DNA of 64,000 nucleotides from Cyanophora paradoxa CCMP329 (taxonomy: Eukaryota; Plantae; Glaucophyta), in NCBI GenBank assembly GCA_004431415.1, contig QPMI01000470.1, positions 1 to 64,000 on the forward strand, in the 5' to 3' direction. The translations under genes were made by a program, and so were the position numbers. Below are positions 25,345 through 34,963 of the stretch, piece after piece; within the stretch, counting starts at the first letter, position 1; the number at the start of each line of letters is the position of its first letter. The notes under the pieces are model-generated. The model searched no databases. It saw only the letters and a program-made list of their open reading frames with translations, and was not told where the DNA came from.

Positions 25345-25788
25345 CGCTGCTCAGCGGCTCGCCCGGCGGCCGGCCTTGAGCAAGCTTGCTCAAGTTCTGG
25401 CCGTACCCCCCCTGCAGCGCTGGCTGTCAGAGCGGCTGTCTGTGCGGCGGCCCGACGGCGCTATCCGGCTGACATTGCCTTAACCTTCGCCAGCTGCAGC
25501 CGCCAGCTGCAGCCGCCAGCTGCAGGCGCCGGCGCCATCGCTGAAATTAAACGCGGCGAGCTTGAGCTCGAGCTCGTGCGCTCGAGCATTTGACTTCTGC
25601 TGGGCTTCTGCTGACATTTGAGCTCAATTTCTTCCTGTGCATTACGCATACATTAAATCTAAGATAAGCGTCGGCACGCGGCGGATGGCTCAAGCTCTGG
25701 CTGTACCCCCCCCCGCAGCGCTGAACTTGCGGCTGAAGGCTGGGCTTCACGCAACCTCGGATCCGTGGTCCTCGCGTGCGCGATTGCG

Positions 25789-28690
25789 ATGGCGGATGCG
25801 ATGGCGAGCGCCGCTCCCATTCTGGCCCTGTCGGGTGCGCGGCCTAGGCCTCGCCTTGCGTTCGCCTGCCTCATCAAGATCACTGAGACCGCGATGCTCT
25901 CAGACGATCTGATTATGCTGCTGATGAAAACCGAGGCGAAAGTCAGCGGCACGCTTGACGTTTTGAGGGGTTTCGCCTCGGCTCGTCGCCGCTTCCAAGA
26001 GCTCGCGTACGGGGAGTCCTCGACGCTCTTTGAAGAGCCCGTGTTTAATCCCGACCGACCAGGAGCTCACCCGGTGAGTCGATCGTCCTGAGCGAGCGCG
26101 CGCGCAGTACGCGTGCGAATGCGCATGCGCCGGCTGTAGCGATCGCAGCCTATGATTCCGCGTTGTGCGCGCTTCGAATTCGCCCACGTTCACAATGCTT
26201 TTTCCATTTTGTGCCATTGCCTGCAGCACTCGCTTACACGCATGCCGGCAGGACGCGGTGCGCGGCGACACGATCCTGGACGTCGCGCGGCTGAGCGCGC
26301 GCTTCGGCGACCGCATCCAGCGGCTCTCGCTCGGGAACGTCTCGTTCGACTTCAAAGTATTGTATTCGAATTCGGAGAGCGCCGCTGCGAATGCAGCCGC
26401 CGACCGCGCCCTTTGGAACGTCCTCCGTCACTGCCCGAACCTGACGCACCTCTCCCTTGCCGGCGACAAGTGCAGAAATTGTACCGATGTCCTTATCGCA
26501 ATGCAAGACCTTCCCCCCGGCTTCTCCCTCCCCCGCCTCCGCCATCTTGACCTCTCCGGCCTCGCCGTACCCCTCGAGCACTCCACCCTGCTTTCCCCCC
26601 TGCTGCGCCTCCTGCGGGCTTGCTCGGGTACCCTCGAGCGCCTCTTCCTCAGGTGAAGACCCTCCCTTACGTACGAGGCTCGTTTAACGTCGCGGGCAGG
26701 GGTACACGCATGGATGTGGCGTTCTTTAAGCACATCAAGCGCGCTTCCTACTGGTACCCCATTCCACACCCCCCCCCCCCCCCCCCCGCCCCCCATGTGA
26801 CCGGTACCGCTGCCGCGCAGCTTTCCCCGCCTGGAGAGCTTGGACCTGCCTGACGATCGGGATCCCCCGGAATGGCAATGGGCGCCGGACGAGCTGCGGG
26901 CCATCCTCGCCCGCCTCCCCGCCCTCCGAGAGCTCTTCGTCGCGCCCCGTACCCCCGGCCTTCTTTCCTCTACCCCTTCTTATGCGCCGGCAGGTTTCGG
27001 GCGCGAGCGCCGCGTGGCACGAGATGCCAGAGCGGGACCGGGGGTACGCCGTCCGGCCAAGCATTCTAGTCGTCGATCAGGAGCTGGTGAGTACCCGGAC
27101 CTGCTTGAATTTCGGTTTCGAACAAGCCAGGCCCACTTTACGGCAGCACGAGATGGACTCGGCGTCGCTTCGGGCCCTCAAGCGGCATTTCGAGGGTCGA
27201 TTCGACGTACCCTGCCTCGCCATCCCTTCCTTCTTCCGGGGTACCTGAACCCGTCCGATCGCCCCTTCCGCGCGGCGCGACGGCACTCGCAGCATTGCGC
27301 GAGAATGCATTCGAGGGCGCGCGGCGCATCGTCTCCGAGCTCGGCGTCTCGCCCCTCGCCGCCCGACTCGGAGATGTGTACGCGGAGGGACCCTGGGCGA
27401 GCCCTTCCCCCTTCCCTTTTTCTTCCTCTTTTTCTCCTCCTCACCTGCGCCCCCCGCAGGTCCCCCTACTTTCAGGCATCGCGCTACGGAAGGCGGGGCG
27501 ACGAGCTCGAGGGCGCGACGGCGCTGCACGTCCTCGCGTGTGTCGACCCTCGCTTCGCCGACGCCGCCCGCCAGGCAATCGCGACCCGCCTCTCCTCCTG
27601 CCTCTTTTCTGACTTGGGTTGTATCGCAGCTGATCGCGGACTGGGGCCTGGCTCCCCTCGCGATCGAGGCGCTGCCGCGTCCGCAGCGCCCGGGCTGCAG
27701 CCGCGGCGCCGGCCGAACGCCCCTCCACCTCGCGGTCGAGCGCTCGCCTTCTTTCGTCCAAGACCTGCTCGAGATCGGCGCCGACCCGCTCCGCCCGGTG
27801 CTTTTAGCTCTCTCGTTGCTCCGGAGCTCGCCCGCCAACGTTCAGCGGTGCGCAGGACGCAAAGGGATCCAACGCACTGCACTTCGCCTGCGGGCGGAAC
27901 TTTTTGGACGGCGCGCGGGCGCTGCTGGAGGCGGCGGCCCGCACGGGGGTCGACGAAGCCAAGCTTACCACCGCAAAGGACCGCGCGGGCCGTACCCCCC
28001 TCCAGCTCCTCTCCGGCGAAGCGGCGGCGACCGCTGCGGCGGCGGAGGCGCAGGCGGCGAAGGCGATGGAGGAGGATGAGAAGCAGAGAAAGGCTGACAG
28101 GGCCGACTCGAGCCTCAGCGAGGGACAGAGGCGCGAGAGGGAAGCGAGGAGGCAGGAGCGGAGGCAGGCGCTCCAGCAGCCCCGCATCGATTGCGCCCTC
28201 ATCGCCGTCCATGCCGTCGGTGAGGGGCTGCATTTAGCAGACCTTGCGCCTGTACCCCGCTTCCGCGAACCACGCCGCAGAGTTCCTGGGCCTCGACGGG
28301 GACCAGCTGAAGGACATGGGGGTACGCCGCGCCTTCCTGGAGGAGCCCGTCTGGGGCGGGACGGGTACGGAATTCCTCCTGCACTTCGCGGCCCGCAAGT
28401 GTACCCCCGAGGCGGTCCGGGCCCTCCTCGACGCGGGCGCCGACCCCTGGCTCGAGGTCTGTACCCCCACGCAGTTTTTGTCCATGGCCACTCATCTAGA
28501 TCTCATCCCCTTCCCGCAGAACCGGGACGGCTCCACTGTGGTCCAGTTCGCCGTGCACGAGCGGAACGTTCCGCTGAAGGAGGCGATCCGCTGCTTCGCC
28601 GAAGAGAGCGGCATCCCCTTCCACCAGCTCGCGGCTCCAGGCCCGGGCCCCCGCGGCCGGCCGGGCAAGCGGGCCAGAACGTCAGGCTAG
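25789..28690 (+). CDS. F-box-like + leucine-rich repeat + ankyrin-repeat protein (copy C, apparently full length, multi-exon)
   Basis: ILALS|DDLIMLLMK...ASARRRFQELA; CPNLTHLSL, LPRLRHLDLSGL, LPALRELFV; GATALHVL, GRTPLHLAV, GRTPLQLL, VRALLDAGADP; stop at 28688-28690. Some frame slips at C-runs. Confidence 0.8.
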
Positions 28691-28966
28691 GCGCCGGCCC
28701 TTCCTCCTACCCTCCTCATTCCGTGACCGATATGAACCGTGACCGTTATCATCAGTGTCGTGTCAGATCTTGAAATCGAAATCAAACCAAATTGTACTTG
28801 CTCGCCCTAGGTTTACCGAAGGACCAGATGTGATCGCCTATAATCCTAAGCTAAACTGGAAATGATTTAGTCAACGGTCGAGGCGGAGAACAAAGAAAGG
28901 GCGCAGCGGAGAGGGCGGCGAGCTCGAGGGGCGCCGGGGCTTCGTTTAAATAAATATTCAGAAGGC

Positions 28967-29012
28967 GCAACGTCGACGTCGACGTCGAATTAATGACGTT
29001 GCAATTGACTAG
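28967..29012 (+). mobile_element. Helitron-like 3' terminus (hairpin + CTAG|T); inverted copies at 3718-3763 and ~7803-7848
   Basis: GCAACGTC...GACGTTGC hairpin, 6 nt, CTAG, then T. Homology between paralogous flanks stops 4 nt after this CTAG. Confidence 0.45.
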
Positions 29013-29315
29013 TACTCGGTCATGGGCATGATCGCGCATAACGTTAACTCGCGCTCCGCGCTCCGCGAGCTCGCGATCGAGCTCGAGCTCGAGCTCGAGC
29101 TCGAGGCTCAGCAATATTATTAATTGACTAAAAACTATATTTGTACCCCGGGGTACCCCGGGCCCCTCGCGAGATTTTCAAATTCCCGCAAAATCGGTGC
29201 GCATGCGCGCGAAAATCGCAAAGGAATCGCGCTTCACCCCGGCCCGCTTCGGCAACAGGTCTTGGCGGCCCGTTTGCAGCCTGATTCGAGTCCGGAGTCG
29301 CGAACGCTGCAAACG

Positions 29316-29369
29316 GTGCGCGAAGATCGCACGCCTCACGTCGTGCGCGAAGATCGCACGCCTCACGTC
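29316..29369. repeat. 27-bp perfect tandem duplication
   Basis: GTGCGCGAAGATCGCACGCCTCACGTC x2. Confidence 0.95.
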
Positions 29370-29813
29370 GCGCAATGCGAAATTTCACTTATTGCATCTC
29401 CAGAAGCGTCCGAATCCGCAGCAGCTGCAGGAATCGGCGCAGCTGCAGCGGCGGTCGTTCTCCGCACGCGCATCGACATCCCTGAGTCCACGCCGATTGG
29501 AATCTCGCAATTGCAGCTCGAATTCGGAGCCGCCGCGCCGCTCACTCGGAGTCAGCTGCAGGTGTGCGAAAAAGTTCGCATTTAATTTGATTTCGCGCTT
29601 ATAATATCATGTACATGCACATGCGTGCAGCCCCGTCAGTCCTCGGTCGCGCTCGAATACATGAGCGCGTCGTCCGAATCGCTGTCGGTGCGCTCTATCG
29701 ATCCTTACGTGCACGTGGCTTCCGGCTAACGCAACTTTCGAATTCAAATTCGGCGCACGCAGCTGCTCTCCGAGGTACGCACAGATTTAGATGGGCGCAG
29801 CCGCGGTCCATGC

Positions 29814-30638
29814 ATGCGCAATTGCAAGCGAGGGCATGCACAGGACCTCGATATGGCGCGGGCGCTGCGGGCGCAGAGGGATCCGGTGGACGCGGCGCTC
29901 GACGATCGCGAGGAGCTGCAGCTGCAGGAATTGGAACTAGCCGAGTACATCGAGGAGCAGGAATTCGAAGCCGCGTGCATCGCGCAGCAGGCGGCAGCCT
30001 ATCGTGAGGAACAGCAGCAGCTGCTGGAGTCTTACTCCGCTTATGCGGAATCAGAGGACGCTTACTGGGAGGACGAGCTCCGCTCTAGCATCGCTCACTT
30101 CGAACAGCTGGCAGAAGAGCAGCAGCAGCAGCTCGCGGAGCTGGAACAGCAGCTCGCGGAGCAGCATCAAGAGTTCGAAGAGCAGCGGCGGCAGCTCGAA
30201 GAGCAGCACCTGCAGCAGCTCGCAGAGGAGCACATGCAGCAGCAGCCCCTGCTGGAGGCAGAGCTCGAGGAGCTCCGCTCGCGCCTCGACGTGTGGGAGC
30301 GGTCGGGCACCATCAGATGCGCACGCTTGGTATGCGTTGACGGACTCGTATGCCGTTTAATTTCGCGGTCGGCGCGGGTCTCGATCGCGAGGCGCGCGCG
30401 CGCCACACCCCACCTGACGATGACGTGGGCCCGGTCGGTGCAGACCTGCGGAATCGAGATGAGAGCAGGGGAGTTCCGCTCCGTGAAGAGCTGCGATCAC
30501 GTGTTCTGCCAGGCCTGCCTCAAAGAGGAGGAGGAGTGCCTGTTGTGTCGCAGGGAATTTGCGTCGCCGTCCGCGGCTGCGGCGCCCGGGCCGCTGCTGT
30601 CCGGGATCCGGATCCGGATCCGGCGCGCGCGGCCGTAG
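29814..30638 (+). CDS. E/Q-rich coiled-coil protein with C-terminal RING-like (C3HC4) domain, possibly degenerate
   Basis: Long EQ-rich heptad region, then TCGI...SCDHVFCQACLKEEEECLLCR. The second Cys of the first CxxC pair is not evident. Confidence 0.65.
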   Translation: MRNCKRGHAQDLDMARALRAQRDPVDAALDDREELQLQELELAEYIEEQEFEAACIAQQAAAYREEQQQLLESYSAYAESEDAYWEDELRSSIAHFEQLAEEQQQQLAELEQQLAEQHQEFEEQRRQLEEQHLQQLAEEHMQQQPLLEAELEELRSRLDVWERSGTIRCARLVCVDGLVCRLISRSARVSIARRARATPHLTMTWARSVQTCGIEMRAGEFRSVKSCDHVFCQACLKEEEECLLCRREFASPSAAAAPGPLLSGIRIRIRRARP

Positions 30639-30938
30639 ATCCGAATGCATATGCAATGCATGGCCCATATCCGCTTCGGCCAAAGAGACGCCATACAGCT
30701 ATAGCTAGGCGCCGGCGCTTTGTTCCCTACCTCCTCCCCTCCCATCCTCGTGAAAGAACCACGGAGCTCATAAACCATGATCGATATCATCAGTTTCGTA
30801 CCAGCTCTTGAAATTGAAATCAAACCTAATCATTGTATTGAAATTGCTTGATTCGACGGTGTGTATCCTTCATGATCATCCCCTATTTAATTCTAGGCCG
30901 GCCGACCGCCGGGCATATAGCTATACGTGGCAAAGTAA

Positions 30939-31059
30939 AGGCGGAGCCCAGAACGAAGCAAATTAGAGGCGGAGCCCAGAACGAAGCAAATTAGAGGCGG
31001 AGCCCAGAACGAAGCAAATTAAAGGCGGAGCCCAGAACGAAGCAAACTAGAGGCGGAGC
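30939..31059. repeat. 28-bp minisatellite, ~4.3 copies
   Basis: AGGCGGAGCCCAGAACGAAGCAAATTAG head-to-tail with no spacers. Confidence 0.95.
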
Positions 31060-31142
31060 GGGCGGCGAGGGGCGTCGGGGCTTGAATTTCAAGAGGCCGC
31101 GGGCGTGGATTTAAGAACAGCGCGAGGCCAAAGCTCTAGGGG

Positions 31143-33007
31143 CTACCGAGGCCGGAGGAGGGGCACGCATGCGAGGGCGAGGAAGGTCGCCTGGGGGTAC
31201 GCCGCGCCGTCAGCCGGGGCACAGGGGTACAGGGTCCTCGGACCGGCAGGGGCGGGGGTACGCACGACGGCGTAGCCGGCGGTGGCGACTAGGATGCCGG
31301 GTACCGTGTGGCCGTGCCACCTACCAAGGGCCCGGGGGTACAGAATCAGATCAAGAGGAGGGGTCCTGGAAAAGGCCAGGAGGGGTACGCGCTTCAGGTT
31401 GTTCGTCATCCCGGCGCAGGTCGTTGGACCTGCGGAGGGCGCGTTTCGCCCAGATTCGGGGGGCGGGGGGGGGGCTGAAGCGAGGGGGGTACCGCCGACG
31501 CAGGCGTTGGAAGCGACGACGATGTCGTCAAGCCGCCAGCGGAGGACCGCCCCTACCCCAAAGAGCACCTGGAGGGGGGTACACGCTCGCGAGAGGAAGA
31601 GAGGGGGCGGGGGGTGGCGGTGGGGGGGAGAGCCCCGCAAGGGGTACGCGGACCAGGGCGTGGACGGCGATGACGAAGAGGGCGTACGCGAACATCATGG
31701 GCCTGCGGGGGGTAAGGGACAATTCAAACAATTCAAGTCACTCAGGGGGGGGGGGGGGGGGCAAAGCTTTATAATTAGCCTTAGTAGCCTCCATCTTTCG
31801 ATTTCCGTTCCGTTCCGCGAGCGCACCCGAGCCTGAGGACGGCGGAGACAGAGGCGGATACGCCCAGGGCGGAGAAGAAGTAAGACATGAGCGCCGACCC
31901 CATCGCCCCGCCCAGGCCTGCAGGCCGGGAGCACAGGTAAGAAAGCACGCGGGAGCATTCGTAAGTAAGTAAAGAAATAAGCGGGGGCGTAAAACTCGGG
32001 CCGTGACCCGGGCCGGGAAGCGTAATTATAAGAAAGCAAGCGGGAGTGTATGTACGTAAGAAAGAGGGGGCGCTAGCTCGGGCTGGGCCGCGATCCTAGA
32101 GGCTCGAAACGAGACGGGCACCGAGGCGGGAGGCGGAGAGAGCAGCAGTGGCACGGGGGAAGAGCGCAGTAAGAAGTAAGAAAGCAAGAAAGCAAGGGCG
32201 GCATAAATAAATAAGAAAGCAAGTAAGAAAGCGGGGGCGATATATAATGGGCTTAGCGAGGGGCCGCGGGTTGGGCTTAGGAAGCGAAGAACGAGGCGGG
32301 TACGCGCACCGAGGCGGGAGGCGGAGAGGGCGGCGGTGGCGCGGGGGAAGAGCGTCGCGAGGGCGACCGTCAGGCCCGTCATGACGCAGATCGCCACCGA
32401 GGAGCCGGCCTGAGAGGAAGTTAGATCCGATCGGATCGGATCCGATCAGATCAGATCAGTTTGCACTACGGTATTCGATTACATTAGATCAGATCAGATC
32501 AGATTAGATCAGATTAGAATAATTAGACAAGAAAGAGATCGGATCGGATGCGAACGGATCGGATCGGATCGGATCAGATCGGATCCGAGCACCTTCAGGA
32601 AGAGATCGGAGATCGGAGATCGGATCGGATCAGATCGGATCGGATCAGATCAGATCAGACTCGGATCGGATCAGATCGGATCGGATCGGATCATATTAAA
32701 TTACCTTCAGGAAGAGGCCGGCGGCGTTGAGGGCGGACTGGGCGGCGAAGCTCGCGGCGCATACGGCGGCGGAGAAGGCAAGGGGCAGGGCCAGCGCGAT
32801 GGGGACCCTGAGCAAGCGAGAAGTAAGCAAAATAAGGTCGAGGTTAAACTGAATAAGTAAAACAAAAGAAAGGAAGTATGCTCTGTAACGGTTAAATCAT
32901 TAATCCATGCAAGACAGCTAAAGCAAGTCAGGATTGCTTTCATAGTTGATGAAGATCTAGAAAAGAGGAGCTCGCTTGTTCGCTCGAGGGGTGGGGGTTA
33001 GTGGGGT

Positions 33008-33053
<46 letters not shown>

Positions 33054-34654
33054 CTACGCACTCGGAGGGGTCCAGGGAGAGCTGTTCGGTCGCGGCGGGG
33101 GCGGAGGGGGCGGGGGCGGGGTCCTGCGGCTGGGTACCCGCCTCCGGCGCGCCCCCGTACAGCCCTTTCAAAAAGGGGACCCGGTGGGCCTGGAACAGGA
33201 ACAGGAAGTACAGAGCCTGAGGGGGGTGCGCGTCATATGGGTGCGGGGTGAGGCCAGGGGGTACACGGAGCGGACCATAGAAAGGTTGTCGGCGGCGATG
33301 GCGGCCGTGAGAAAGTCGCCCCCGCTGCGGGGGTACGCGAATGAGATCGATGCAGCGAGGTGCGGTCGGGTACGGGGGTACCGAACGCCCAGCGCCTCGG
33401 CGACCTGTATGGGGAGGATTGGAAGGGGTCGGCAGAGACGCGCGGCAGGGAGTACGTGCGCACAGCAATGAAGTTCATGCTACCCCCGACGAGGGTCGCG
33501 ATGTACCTGCGGGTCCGAATCCCGTGAGTAGTGAAAAGGGGGAGGCGGGCAGGGCTCGCTGCGAACATTGCGCCGAGTTTCCTGCGAGGCGGGGGCGGGG
33601 TAAGAGGCGCGGGAAGGCTGGCGGAGGACGTGAGGGTACGTGTGAATGCCACACCAGTAGTCGGTCGCGCGGAAGATGCGGGTGCCCATCACGCAGCCGA
33701 TGACGACGCCGAGCGAACCGAGGGCGTACCCCTGCGCGCTCTTCACCGGGGGAGGGGGATCATAACGCAGGGGGGTACGCTCGCCTTGAAGACGGGGCCA
33801 AGTCGCTCCTCTGTCTGGCCGGGGGCGGCGGGGGCGGCGGGGGAGGCGGAGGGGGGGAAGAGGAGCCGCTTGAGGTCGGCCCGGAGGAGGAGGAGGGGGA
33901 TGGCGAGGGGTACGAGGTGCGACCAGACCGCTGCGACGGCGCTCAGCGGGATCGAACATCGGGATCCTGTGAGATCAAATCTCGGACCATCGTACGCGGG
34001 GGACTCGGCGGGAAGGATGCCTGCCGCAAAGTCAGCGGAGGCGAAGCCGTCGGCGGCGGCGGAGGACGCGCGGCGAAAGCGGCGGAGCGGAGAAGAGAAG
34101 CGAATTCGAACCTGTGTTGGAGAAGAACATGCCGGCGAGGAGGCTCACAACCACGGCGCTCAGCTTTGCGCTGCGTGCGTGCGCGGCGCGTGAGCTCGCG
34201 GTCGCGGTTTGAAATGCAGCGCCGGCAGCAGCGGCGGGGCCGCGGACCCGATTGTCGTGTAGCGCTCCAGCAGCGGGCCTGGGATCGGCGCGGCTTTAGA
34301 TGCGGATGCTGCGGCAATGGTGCTTGCGAGCGGCGCACCGGCGGCGGCGGCGAACGCGAGGACGGCCCAGTGCGCTCGCACGTCGCGGAGCGGGAGGACC
34401 GCCCGCAGAGCGCCCAGCGCCTCCGGCAGCCCCGGCAGCGCCGCATGCACGTCAAATCTCCTTCGGACGCAGGCGGATGCCGCCCAGCTGGCTGCCGGCC
34501 GCGAGCTGCACGGCGCACCGAAGAAGGCCCGCCGCGCTGCCCCGCAGGCGGACGGCCGCGCGGGCCGATGCTCGCATACTGCGAAAGCTCTCCTTGCGTC
34601 CGGCTGCACGCTGCGGCAGGCCGGCCGTGCCGGCGCGGCGCACGCGAACGCCAT
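31143..34654 (-). CDS. DUF819-family polytopic membrane protein with plastid transit peptide (multi-exon)
   Basis: MAFACAAPARP... N-terminus. Family motifs LAIPLLLLRADLKRLL, YIATLVGGSMNFIAV, AAIAADN, ASNACVGG(P)TTCAGM, PGILVATAGYAV. Confidence 0.85.
32422..32695. repeat. Intronic pentanucleotide satellite (GATCG/GATCA/GATTA)n
   Basis: Directly visible run of GATC[G/A] units with GATTA variants. Confidence 0.9.
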
Positions 34655-34963
34655 GCGTTCACTGAGCGACGTGTACCCCCGTTCGCCCCCCTCCGGGCCC
34701 CTCGGCGCCCCCCTCCGGCGGCCGCCGAGAGTGCTTCCCCTCTGTCGCGTGTGGCAGCTCCGGATCTATGTCCATGTCCCGTGTGGCAGCGCTGCTCCCC
34801 GTTGCACTTCGGTTTCGCCAGCTGCAGCCGTGGCCGCCGGCAACCCCAGCCGCGGCCGCGCCCACATCGCGCCGACGCTCTCTGCTAGAACTCTTGAAAA
34901 TACAACATCAGCTAGATATCTACTGCTCAGCGGCTGGGCGGGTTCGCTCGACCAGGTCCGCGC

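Noticed and set aside
30939-31059. 28-bp repeats as a CRISPR array
   Set aside because: Units are head-to-tail without unique spacers, there are no cas genes, and the context is eukaryotic.
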